From Eledone cirrhosa (Eukaryota): a stretch of 64,000 bases of DNA. Both the position numbers and the translations under genes were made by a program. How positions within the stretch are numbered: position 1 is the first letter of the stretch; every line of letters begins with the position of its first letter. The DNA lies in NCBI GenBank assembly GCA_964016885.1, contig OZ024744.1:79856001-79920000 (forward strand), written 5' to 3'. Positions 11,806 to 23,690 of the stretch are shown here, one piece after another. Under the pieces are notes generated by a model that had not been told where the DNA came from, did not search any database, and saw only the letters and a program-made list of their open reading frames with translations.

Positions 11806-12987
11806 TTCCTCTAATATCTCTTTCTCACTTTCTTTCTCTATCCTTCTCTGGAAGAAATTTACTGTATTCAGGCCTGGCGAGGAGATGGGGTCCGCCAGGT
11901 TAAAAAAAATGCCCAAGAAATGCTGTATGTCAATATGGTGCCCCTATGACTCCTCAGAAGTTACAGGTCCATACCATACCATCAGTAGAGAACAGGACAA
12001 AATGCTTTACGTCAGCATTTAATTATACCTTTCTAATATCAAAGCTGATTCAATAGGAACTAATGTATTTTATTATTGTTTAAAGATTAATTTAACAAAA
12101 CTAAACTAAGTCCTATTACATTTACATATCCTTGTTACATACTAATTATAGATACCATAGTAAAGAACTTGGTTAAATAAATAAATAAATAAATTAAAAA
12201 TTCTGTAAAAATTCTTTAGAATATTAGAACTAATAAGCTCAAACAAAAACATTCTATTAACAACAATAGTTATGTTAATAACCAAAACCAAGTTTTAAAT
12301 AATATGTGCACATGATTCGGCATTGCATTATGTAAGAATCTCTAAAGAATACAAAAAAAAAAGTTTCTTTTTATTCATCATTTTATCTATTGGACAAGAC
12401 GGGGAATAGCGCCAGTTTAGAATATTGTCCATTTACCCTATTTCATGTATACATTTGCCTATGTGTGTGTGTGTGTATGTATATATCTGTGTTTATCCAT
12501 TTGTATGTGTGTGGTGTGTGTATCTGAATACCTCTCCTTAACAACTAATATGTGTGTGTGTGTGTGTGTGTGTGTTTATCCAGTGAATGTATGCGTGTAG
12601 CTGCATGTCTCCCCATCTAACATTTGTGTGTGTGTGTGTTTGTGTGTATCCGTTTATCCATTTGTATGTGCGTAGCTGAATGCCAAACGAAGGGTTGAAA
12701 GTACCCTCAGTTATGTCAAAGGCGTGGCAACCTCTCCTGTGCACTCGATGGAACATGAGACCATACATAAGCAAGACGCAGATCCGTGGCCTGTCAGGGA
12801 GATCAGTAACCCCACTTCAGTACTGACTTGGTCTATGTAAACCCATCCAACCATAGCTAGCAGGAAAAGCAGGCGTTAAAATGATGACAATGATACATTT
12901 TTCCCAGGCTTTGTAATAAATTACTAATTTATTTATAAACAAAACTGGGAGTAATAAAAAAAGTAAACAAATAGACACATATATATA

Positions 12988-13335
12988 TCATCATCATCAT
13001 CATCATTTCATTTTACGTCCACTTTTCCCTGCTTGCAAGGGTGGGACGGGAACTGATTCTGGCTTGATTTCTACAGCTGGATGCCCTTCCTAACACCAAC
13101 CTCATTTACAGTGAGTGCTGGGTGCTTTTTTGCCATGGCACCTACACGACCACTTTGCAGTGGAATGATAGGGACCCGCAGTCCCTATCATCTCATTTCT
13201 ACAGCTGAGTAAACTGGAGCAATGTGAAATAAAGTGTCTTGCTCAAGGAAACAACACATCACCCGGTCTGAGAATTGAACTCACAACCTTTCGATTGCAA
13301 GGCCAATGCTCTAACCACTAAGCCATGTGTCTCCC
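12988..13335 (-). mobile_element. full-length composite SINE (tRNA head + CORE-like + aggaagggcatcc domain + RTE tail)
   Basis: Minus strand: tggcttagtggttagag...gagttcaattc...ccttgagcaagacac...ttaggaagggcatccagctgtagaaa...cccttgcaagcagggaaaagtggacgtaaaatg(atg)n; sits in (TA)n. Confidence 0.85.
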
Positions 13336-13385
13336 TATATATATATCATCATCATTTTACGTCCGCTTTTCCCTGCTTGCAAGGG

Positions 13386-13417
<32 letters not shown>

Positions 13418-13705
13418 CAAATAACGAAACAAAATTAAATTTCGTTTCGTTTGTAACTCACTTTTGTATGACTGACGCTTAAACAATTAAGTTAAAAATG
13501 TACATCCACATATGTATACTGAAATACTAGTATGCATATGAATACACACACGTATACATATGTAGATGTACCGAGTTTTTCACTGGTCACTTTACTGTGA
13601 GTGTCCAGCTATTCTGTATGTAAACACACAGACAAACCGGTTTTTAGAGTCATACTGGTTTTTGAGGAAACACCTTTCCTCTATTCTCCAGAAAGCCAGA
13701 CAAGG

Positions 13706-13750
13706 AATATTGAACTAGTTTCGATGTTGTTACATCTCATCAGCAATATT
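13706..13750 (-). ncRNA. minimal type I hammerhead ribozyme
   Basis: AAUAUUG-CUGAUGA-GAUGU-aaca-ACAUC-GAAAC-ua-GUU-CAAUAUU: intact core, 7-bp stem I, 5-bp stem II, palindromic ACUAGU stem III. Confidence 0.85.
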
Positions 13751-14107
13751 TACCTATCTTCCGGCCTCTCTAGAGAATCGTAAAAGCACATATCGTTATA
13801 TGCTTTTTCTATGAAAATTAGTAGTGGGCAGACTAATTTGCATAGAGCGTGAGTACGTACTATATATAGGGTTGGGAGGATTCTTCAGATGTGTCAAAGA
13901 CATGACAACCTCCTAATGCTGGCGACATGATAAAAGTACTTTTGTAGAATGCAGGACCATATATAAGCGAAATGTGACCCTTTTCCCTCTTGGCCTGTCT
14001 GTGAGGTTAGTAGCCCCCACATGAATACTAACATAGTCAGTGAAAGAGAATGGACATTATATGATGATGATGATGATGATGATGATATTCTTCATATTAT
14101 TTTATAT

Positions 14108-15690
14108 AGTTACGTCCCTTTACAGTCTGAGTTCAAATCCCGCCGAGGTTAACTTTGCCTTTCATCCTTACGAAGTCGATAAAATAAAGTACCAGTAATG
14201 TACTGGGTAATTGCTGGCCTTGTGCCGAAAGTAGAAACAATTATTTAAAATTATTTTTTATCTAAAATTATGGCAGTATCAGTGGAGGGTCGGGCACTGT
14301 GCTTTGAAGCATAGAGTTACGGCCCTTTATGGACTCAGTTCAAATCCTGCCGAGATTAACCTTTCATCTTTACGGGGGTCAATAAAATAAAGTACCAGTA
14401 ATACACTGGGGTCAATTTAATTGACTTTCCATTAACCCCACCACAAATCGCTGGCTATATACTAATGTTAAAACAAATTATTTTTGTATATTGTGAGTTC
14501 AACTGCTAAGATTTATTTTGTCTTTCATCCTTCCGGGATTGATGAAATAAAGTACCAGGTAAATACTGGGGTTGATATAATTGACTTTTCCCTCTTTCTC
14601 TTCTAAATTGCTGACCTCATGCCAATGTTAGAAGCAATTATTTTTGTTGCTGTTGTTATTGTTGTTGTTATAATTATTATTGTTGTGGTACGCCTAGTAC
14701 ATTTTCAGTTCAAAATCTGTGTAGGTGTGTGGGTGGAGGGGGAGAGGTGAAGGCCGATGATAAGATAAAGTTAATAAACCAAGTAAGCATTCAGGTTACT
14801 GAGGTCAGTTTAATCAACTGTAACTCCTCCACCCCTACCCTCCACACCAACCTTCCACCACCACCACCCTTTACTCCCACCCGGAAAATGTCCATGGCAT
14901 TGTGTCAACGTTAAGAAAGATTATTACCATTATTAAGTCATTAGAATGTCAGATTGTAATGCTTTACAGTAGTAAAGTATTCATTCCGGTTTCTCTGCAA
15001 TCTGAGTTCAAACCCCACCCACGTCGACTTTACATTTCATTCTTTTCGAAGTCGAATAAAACGAAGTACCAGTCAAATACTGGGGTTGATTCTTACTCTA
15101 TCTTTCTTTCTCTCTCTCTCTTTCTCCTCTATCTCTGGAAGAAATTGGTTGTGTTGCATCAGGTTTAAATGCCCAAGGTATGCTGTATATCACAACAGTG
15201 GCCCTACAATTCCATCGGGAGCTAAAGGTTATTATCATTAGGGCAGAATCGGTAGAGCGTCAGACACCTTGCTTTGCGGTATAGAGTTACCGCCCTTTAC
15301 ATCCTGAGTTCAAATTCTGCCATGGTTAGCTTTACCTTTCATCCTCACGGGGGGTTGATAAAATAAAGCACCAGTCACGCTCTTGAGTTGATTTAATCGA
15401 CTTTTCCCTCCCCTCAAAATTGCTGGCCTTGTGCCTAAATCAGAAACAATTATTATTATTATCATCATTAATGGTGGTGACTTGACAGAATCAGTAGAGC
15501 ATTGGACAACACACTTTGTGGCATACAGTTATGTCCCTTTATGTTCCAAGATCAAATCCCGCCACAGCTTTGTCTTTCATCCTTACGGGGCAGATAAAAT
15601 AAAGGACCAGTAATGTACTTTGGTGCAATTTAATCATCTTTACCCTTCCCTTCAAATTGCTGCTGGCCGTGTGCCAATATTAGAAATAAT
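14108..15690 (+). mobile_element. cluster of about six family-1 SINE copies of varying age
   Basis: B box and gcctttcatcc..gtcgataaaataaagtaccag domain at about 14130, 14340, 14500, 15005, 15305, 15550. Confidence 0.8.
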
Positions 15691-15702
15691 TATTATCATT
15701 AG

Positions 15703-15768
15703 TTTGATGAGTTGTAGTGCACCTGAGCACTGTACACAATAATTTCATTATTATTATTATTATTATAT
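15703..15768 (+). mobile_element. CR1-like LINE 3' terminus with (TTA)n tail
   Basis: ttgatgagttgtagtgcacctgagcactgtacacaataatttcattattatt, the same end as 40590-40645. Confidence 0.75.
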
Positions 15769-15769
15769 T

Positions 15770-16459
15770 ATGTGTAACAGTAATATACGTGAACGGCAAA
15801 GCATAAACGAACTAAGGAAAAAATTAGAAATAAGAGGGATCAGATGTTGTTTACTCGAGAGAAGGCTACGTTGGTATGGTCACGTGATGCGCATGAAAGT
15901 CGATAGCTGTATAACAAAGTGCAGGGCAATAAAGATAGACGGAATAGGCAGACCTAGAAAAACCTGGGACGAGCTGATAAACTCCGACCTCACACACTTA
16001 CACCTCTCCAAGACAATGTCACTGGACCGAGACCTTTGGCGGTACTCAGTAACACATAGTAAAACCTACTACAGCCAGTAGGCATCTCTAACAAAATACC
16101 CCCCCCCCCCCCCCTCCCCGTCCTACCATCCCCACCCCATCCACACCACCCCGTTCTATGTAAAGTTATGTTGGTGCCACACCATCCAGGCCAAAACAAA
16201 TGAGATCGTGTAGGTGTCACGACAAAAAACACACAGTCCACGCTGTAATGTGGCCGTGTAGGCAACACGGTAAAAACCTCCCAGACCCACACTGTAAATG
16301 TGGTTGGTGTTAGGAAGGGCATCCAACTGTAGAAAACCTGCCAGACAGTCCTATGCGAGCAAGACAACCACTCTTGCCTCAAGTGGGACTACCCCCGTCC
16401 AAACCCATGCAAGCGTGGAACACGGACGTTAAACGTTGATGATGATGATGATGATGATG
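15770..16459 (+). mobile_element. 5'-truncated RTE family A copy
   Basis: Near identical to 20038-20748 apart from two small deletions; (GAT)n tail. Confidence 0.95.
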
Positions 16460-16744
16460 TATTAATTATTGTGTGTTTTATAATATTGATTTTATACCAA
16501 TTTCATGTTTTATAAAATGTTATCTCTCTATTGTATATCCTATTCTCATTTTTATATAACTTTGTCTGACTGTCCAACCCTCGCACGTGTTGTAAGTCAT
16601 ATGTTAGATGTTAAAATCTCAACTCCATTATATATGCATAATATGATTAATAAAGAAAATATTGCTGCCACCTTCACCACAACTACCACTACTACCACCA
16701 CCAGCCCTACTACCAGAATCACCCCTACACCACCCCTACTGCTA

Positions 16745-17022
16745 CAGGTCAACGTTGTCTTTCACCCTTCTGGGTTCAATAAAACAAACTACCAGTAAAG
16801 TATTGGGTCGATTGAATTGACTTTCCCCCAAATTGCATAGAGTCACGGCCCTTTACGTTCCGGGTCCAAATCCCGCCAAGGTTAGCTTTGCCTTTCATCC
16901 TTATGGGGGTCGATAAAATAAAGCACCAGTAATGTACTGGGGTCGATTTCATCGATAAAATAAAGTACCAGTAATACACTGGGTAATTGCTGGCCTTGTG
17001 CCAAAAGTAGAAACAATTATTA
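16745..17022 (+). mobile_element. family-1 SINE fragments, one with an internal duplication
   Basis: cgataaaataaag(c/t)accagtaat duplicated at about 16911 and 16953. Confidence 0.8.
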
Positions 17023-17025
17023 TAA

Positions 17026-20000
17026 CCCCCACGCATCACCAGTATTATTACGCGGACCAATCAGAAACCAGAGGCCTATACTATCGCTTGCCTGGTTGCC
17101 TTTCGATATATGATGGATGGATGGACTGCGGAATCCTGGAGAGTGGAGGTGAGAGAGAGAAAAATCTGGACGCTCAGCGACAATGCCAAAGATAAAGACA
17201 AATTCACCTCTTGGACGAGAATGCGAGCACTCCTCATTGTTTCGACCGCGGACGGCTAACATAACCCCATCGCCCCCCGCCCCCACCGCCCCCAACCCCC
17301 AAACGCAATCCAAAACTTCAGAGTTGGTACCATAAATGTAGGCACCCTAAAGGGTCGCGCTAACGAGGTTGTAGAAATGCTTGAACGTAAGGAGGTCGAT
17401 GTTTGTTGTATTCAAGAGACCAGGTGGAGGGGTGGGTCTGCTAGGTTCATTGAGGGTAAAAAACGATGTTATAAGCTTTTCTGGGTGGGAAACGACGATG
17501 GGCTGGGTGGAGTAGGAATCATGGTAGCAGAAAAGTGGGCAGATAAGATAATAGACGTAAATAGAGTGAACGACAGAATAATTAAAATACGACTTGTCCT
17601 CAATAGAACTACGGTGACAGTAATATCTGCGTACGCACCCCAATCGGGACTGCCCGGCACTATAAAAGACAGATTCTATGAGACACTGATGCTAACTACC
17701 TCCCAAATATCCGACAGTGACTATATAATTATCGCAGGCGACCTAAATGGTCACGTTGGACAACATTGTGACGGCTACGACGAAATCCATGGAGGCTATG
17801 GGTTTGGTACTAGAAATGAGGAAGGCTCCAGAATCCTGGAATTCTGTGATGCAAATAACCTAACTATCTGTAACACTAACTTCAAAAAACGTGACAATCA
17901 CCTGATCACCTATAGATCCGGGGAACACACAAGCCAGGTAGATTATATCCTTACCAGAAGACGTGACAGAGTGTCTGTTGTAAACACTAAATCCCTCCCC
18001 CATGAAGAATGCACCTCCCAACATAGACTGATAATTAGCGACCTCATAGTCAGGACGAGACGTACTCGACAACAGAAGAGGACTATCCTCAGGAGGAAAA
18101 TATGGAAGCTAAAGGACCCCACAGCCAGGAATAAATTTCAAAGCATATTACTTGATGCTTTCGACAGTAAGGAAGAACATTTAGAGTCGGACAATATAGA
18201 GGGAGAGTGGGAATTTCTGAAAGCAAACCTGCTGTTGGCGACAGACGAAGTCTGTGGCTGGAGCAGGCCTGTAGGCAGGAGGAGAGTAACATGGTGGTGG
18301 AACAGTAAGGTGGAAGGGTCAATTAAGGCCAAAAAGCAGGCTTGGAAAGTATGGCGGGATGGGGGAAGTAGAGAGGACTATCAAGTGGCCAGGAGGGAAG
18401 CTAGGAGACAAGTGTACTTAGCAAGAAGGGAAGCTGAGGAAAGAAAGTTCAAGCATGTTCTACAACGCGATGACCAAAAACGTGAGGTGTTCAGGATTGC
18501 TAGGCAATGCGTCAAGGAAAACCGTGATATTGTCGGGGAGAAGTGTGTACTAAACGACGATGGCACACTTGCCATCACCGACGCTGATAAGAAGGTAGCT
18601 TGGAAGTGTCACTATGAAAGGCTACTAAATGAGGAGAATAAATGGGAGAAAGGCAGTCTCCCACATATCGACCCAATAGAGGGACCAGCAGTGTTAGTCG
18701 AGGGGAGTATAATAAGTAAGGCAATCAAGGATATGAAGACGGGTAAGGCGGCTGGGCCTTCGGAAATAGTTGCTGAGATGCTGAAGGCATCTGGCACGGT
18801 GGGACACACCATGGTCACCCGCATAGTTAACCAAGTCGTACAGAATGGGGTTGTTCCGAAGGACTGGCATAGCAGCATCATCGTTAACTGTTATAAGGGT
18901 AAAGGAGACGCCCTAGATAGGAGTAACTATAGAGGCATTAAATTAATCGACCAGGTCATGAAGGTCACGGAAAAAGTAATAGCGCAACTAATCAGAGAGA
19001 GAATTGACCTAGATGAAATGCAGTTCGGGTTTGTGTCAGGCAAAAGTACCACAGACGCTCTTTTCATAGTACGACAACTACAGGAGAAGTACCTAGCTAA
19101 AGGTAAACCCCTCTACTTAGCTTTTGTCGACTTGAAGAAAGCCTTCGACAGAGTCCCCCGCTCCATTATCTGGTGGGCTCTTAGAAAACTAGGCGTTGAC
19201 GAATGGCTTGTGAGGGCTATACAAGCCATGTATAAAGAAACAGTCAGCAAGGTTAGAATTAACAACGAATATAGTGAAGAGTTTAGCGTAAAAGTTGGCG
19301 TCCATCAGGGCTCTGTTCTCAGCCCACTACTATTTATTATTGCCCTTCAGGCTATAACAGAGGAGTTCAAGACAGGCTGCCCATGGGAACTCCTATACGC
19401 AGACGACCTGACACTCATAGCGGAATCAATGGCCGAGCTAGAGAAGAAATTCCAAACATGGAAGCACGGCCTAGAGTCAAAAGGACTTAAAATTAACCTG
19501 GCTAAGACCAAAGTACTAGTTTGTAGGAAAGAAAACAAGGCGGCGGTCCCTTCTGGGAAATGGTCGTGCTCGGTGTGTAGGAAAGGCGTAGGTAGAAACT
19601 CCATTTTATGTCCTAAATGCAAAGTATGGGTGCATAAAAGATGTAGTGGGATCACAGGTAAGCTAACTAAGAACATAGATTTTACATGTGGCCGGTGCTC
19701 TGGTGCAATAAGTAGCAGCAAGTGCCCACAAACTACTAGCTCTTTCAATTGCGCAGAGGGTTCTATAGAAATAGTGGACAGCTTCCGTTACCTGGGCGAT
19801 AAAATCAGCAGTGGGGGAGGGTGCTCTGAAAGTACTGTAGCTAGAGTCAGAACTGGTTGGAAAAAGTTCAGAGAGCTTATACCACTATTAGCTGCTAAAG
19901 GGTTCTCACTAAAAATGAAAGGCAGGTTGTACGATGCCTGCATACGAACAGCAATGCTGCATGGCAGTGAGACCTGGGCATTGTGTGCAGAGGATATACG

Positions 20001-20748
20001 CAGACTAGAGAGGAACGAAGCTTGCATGCTCCGCTGGATGTGTAACAGTAATATACGTGAACGGCAAAGCATAAACGAACTAAGGAAAAAATTAGAGATA
20101 AGAGGGATCAGATGTTGTTTACTCGAGAGAAGGCTACGTTGGTATGGACACGTGATGCGCATGAAAGTCGATAGCTGTATAACAAAGTGCAGGGCAATAA
20201 AGATAGACGGTAGTCACGGAATAGGCAGACCTAGAAAAACCTGGGACGAGCTGATAAACTCCGACATCACACACTTACACCTCTCCAAGACAATGTCACT
20301 GGACCGAGACCTTTGGCGGTACTCAGTAACAGAGAAGACCCGCCTTACCTAAATATATAGTAAAACCTACTCCAGCCAGTAGGCATCTCTAACAAAATAC
20401 ACCCCGTCCCACCACCACCACCCCCACCCCATCCACACCACCCCGTTCTATGTAAAGTTATGTTGGTGCCGCGCCATCGAGGCCGAAACAAATGAGATCG
20501 TGTAGGTGTCACGACAAAAAAACACACAGTCCACGCTGTAATGTGGCCGTGTAGGCAACACGGTAAAAACCTCCCAGACCCACACTGTAAATGTGGTTGG
20601 TGTTAGGAAGGGCATCCAACTGTAGAAAACCTGCCAGACAGTCCTATGCGAGCAAGACAATCACTCTTGCCTCAAGTGGGACTACCCCCGTCCAAACCCA
20701 TGCAAGCGTGGAACACGGACGTTAAACGTTGATGATGATGATGATGAT
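17026..20748 (+). mobile_element. near-full-length RTE-clade LINE, family A copy 1
   Basis: 5'UTR, APE-RT ORF, about 380-bp 3'UTR, (GAT)n tail; near-identical inverted copy at 49800-53610. Confidence 0.97.
17183..20352 (+). CDS. RTE ORF: APE endonuclease + reverse transcriptase with inserted PHD-like finger; 1-bp frameshift at 17280-17284 (uninterrupted 991-aa ORF from 17377)
   Basis: APE motifs RVGTINVGTL, IQETRW, AYAPQ, GDLNGHVG, VDYIL, SQHR; RT motifs NYRGIKL, QFGF, FVDLKKAFD, GVHQGSVLSPLLF, YADD, YLG; RTE C-terminal RLRWYGHV and GRPRKTW. Confidence 0.95.
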
Positions 20749-20777
20749 TATCTAAAAAAAATAATAATCATCATTAT

Positions 20778-21905
20778 GAGGCTGTCAATTACCGACCAAT
20801 AGCATGCCTGCCAATCATTTGGAAACTATTGACTGGGATTTATTGGAAACAAGAGATACAAACATGTTGAAGAGGCAAATCTCCTCCCGAGGAGAAAAGG
20901 TGTTGTAGAGGCTCCAGGGGAACTAATAACCAGTTGTTACTTGATAAAGGAAATACAAGAGAACAGAAAAAATACTTGGCAATGGCTCTCATAGATTACA
21001 AGAAAACCTACAACATGGTCTCCCACTCTTGGTTAAAGGAAGCCCTCAGCCTTGTAGGTGTAGCTGATAACATCAAGGAAATGCTGTTCAACAGCATGGA
21101 GCAGGGGAGAATGGAATTGTCATCTGTAAAGAAGTTCTAAGAGAGGTTCACATCAGACGAGGTATTTCCCATTTTTGTTGTTCATTGTTGTACTCTTTCC
21201 CCTTTCTTTTGTCCTTAGAAAAACAAATTGTGGCTATTACATGTTGAAAGAGTCCATGCCTATAAACCATCTCTTGTTCATGGATGATTTAAAGTTGTAT
21301 GACTGGACTGAAGAAGAACTTCATTCATTTGTCCACGTAATGCGGGTTGTATCTGATGACATAGGCATGAAGTTTGGTTTAGACAAGTGCAAAACATTGT
21401 CAATGAAAAAGGAAAAATTGGTTGATATCAAAGATATTGAAATGCCCGATGATGAAAGAATATCACAAATAGAAGAAACAGGTTAGAAATATTTGGCTAT
21501 GTTACAAGAATTAGAATGGGTGAAATGAAGGAAAAGATTGAAAAGGAATACTTTAGGAAAGTTAGAAAATTGCCAAAGGTGTATGCAGGAAATTTAACAT
21601 CTTGAATATAACAATGGGCTTTAGAAGTAGTGAGGTACTGTGCTGGAATAGTTGATTCGATGAAACAAGACCTTGAAAGATTTGATAGACACACATGTAA
21701 GATCTTAACGTGAAATGGGTGCTTTCACCCAAGAGCAAATATTGCATGGTTGTACCTTAAGAGAAAGGAAGGTGGGAGAGGTTTAATTTTGGTTGAGCAA
21801 TGTGTACGTAATGACTGAAACTGAAGCGTGTGGGACTATCTGACATTAATTGAAGAACCACAACTCAGAGAAGTTCAGAAGGAAAACATTATAAGAGAAC
21901 GTTGA
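20778..21905 (+). pseudogene. degenerate R4/Dong-clade reverse transcriptase fragment
   Basis: NYRPIACLPIIWKLLTG, GSRGTNNQLLLDK, LAMALIDYKKTYNMVSHSWL, INHLLFMDDLKLY, IGMKFGLDKC, LYLKRKEGGRGLI, with stops and frameshifts. Confidence 0.85.
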
Positions 21906-22110
21906 GGTAAGGAAGCATTTTAGTGGCTTTATAGCCTTGCGTGGGGTGAGCAAAAAAAAAAAAAAAAAAAAAAAATTGTGAGGACATTGTAATGTAAAAA
22001 ATACCATCTTTGTTTTCTGTCATGATGAAGACATCAAGAAAACAATACAGACATAAAGAAAACAATACAAGATTAGTTAGAAAGTCCTAAAGTTGTAAAG
22101 TGAAAGTAAC

Positions 22111-22520
22111 TACAGTATTTCCCAGCATCGAAGATGCACCCTAATTTTGACAACCAAAAATTTGAAAAAGAATTTTAAAAAAATAAAAAAAACAACCTTC
22201 CACCTCCAGGGCGCATGGTAGATTTTTGAGACTTGAAGCAGTAGAACTGCTAGATGCATTTACAGCAATTCTAGTAAACAGTTATTGGAATTTAGTTACA
22301 TCGTAACATACTACAGGTTAACACTGCTATAGAATACAATTACAAAACTTATAAAATAAATACCGTATTTCCCGGTGTCAAAGACGCAACTTTTGTCCTA
22401 AAATAAGTCTCAAAAATCTATTATGCGTCCTGGAGGCCGAAGGTAGTTTATTATATATTTTTTTTCAAATTTTTGGTTGTCAAAGTTAGGGTGCGTCCTC
22501 AAGGACGAAGCGTCTTGAGG
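22111..22520. mobile_element. Tc2/pogo-like DNA transposon (MITE) remnant with internal inverted repeat
   Basis: tacagtatttccc..aagatgcac and taccgtatttcccggtgtcaaagacgca TIR-like motifs; 22125-22235 is inverted at 22405-22500. Confidence 0.6.
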
Positions 22521-22521
22521 A

Positions 22522-22768
22522 CGACAAAAAAGCACCCAGCCCACACTGGAAAGTGGACGTGTAGGCGCCATGGAAAAAAAGCACCCAGCACTCATTGTAA
22601 ATGAGGTTGGTGTTAGGAAGGGCATCCAGCTGTAGAAATCAAGCCAGAATCAGTTCCCGTATGAGCAAGACAAGGTCAGCCGACCAGACACTGCCCACAA
22701 CAGGACAACCCGTCTAACCCATGCTAACATGGGCGTACGGACGTAAAACGATGATGATGATGATGATA
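22522..22768 (+). mobile_element. 5'-truncated composite SINE with RTE-type tail
   Basis: aaaaaagcacccagc..ttaggaagggcatccagctgtagaaatcaagcc..cccatgctaacatggg..ggacgtaaaac(gat)n. Confidence 0.85.
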
Positions 22769-23384
22769 ATTATGTGAAATAAAACCTTTACAATAGTAAA
22801 TATAAAGTAATGTAAATGATAAAGGGTTAAACCTTATGATACCAATCTATTTCAAACTGCTACTAGTTCTACATGACACTATAAATATCGATACAACTAT
22901 ATGCATAATTTTATGGGTAAGCATACAATTATATATCAATTTACATATACATATTTCTATAGCATAGCTACCCCAGTGATGCAAGCCTGGACGGCAAGGA
23001 GAAGCAATCTCTGGTGGAGATCCATGTGTGGAAGTCCATGTGCAGGCTACTTTGTGGTTCTACATTATAAAGTGTTTATATTTACCTAAAAACCTTCCAT
23101 CATAATTTTATGTAAGTAACTTTGTTAAGTTATGTTCCAAACACCAGCTTAATACTGAGAAAGTTACTTATAATCAATTAAATCAATCCAAATTTTGATT
23201 ATTTTCAAAATTAATTGAAAATCATAACTAATGTCTTCCATTAGAAATATGGCATAAACAAATTTAAAGTGTGTATATTTATCTAAAACTCTTCTGTCAT
23301 AATTTTGTGTAAGTGGTTTTGTTAAGTTATGTTCCAAACATCAACTTAATAATGAGATTGTTAGTGAAAAATTGTTGTAATAAT

Positions 23385-23431
<47 letters not shown>

Positions 23432-23459
23432 TGTTGTAATAATGTCATACTTTTATTAT

Positions 23460-23690
23460 TTATTTATTTTAACAGTGTAAAATTACAGACACATGTACAC
23501 CAGGTACAAGCACAAAGGAGCCAAACTACCACTGTCATTGTCTCGATCTCACCCACCTTCCCCCATCTCTCGCTATTATGAGCAAATGGGGTTCCACGCA
23601 TTGGCCACCCTGCAGCCCCGGCAGACAGAATAGAGAAGGTGTTTCCTTGGAGGATGGTGAGGGAGATGTGCAGGAAGAACCATTCCAACT
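23460..23690 (-). pseudogene. CRE-clade non-LTR retrotransposon 3' end fragment
   Basis: Minus strand reads EWFFLHISLTILQGNTFSILS, matching the CRE C-terminal QRISxAxxRGN motif; A-rich tail. Confidence 0.5.

Noticed and set aside
19347-20162. Antisense ORFs overlapping the RTE ORF (also 50385-51200 and 55015-55626)
   Set aside because: Shadow frames of the coding strand with no independent motifs
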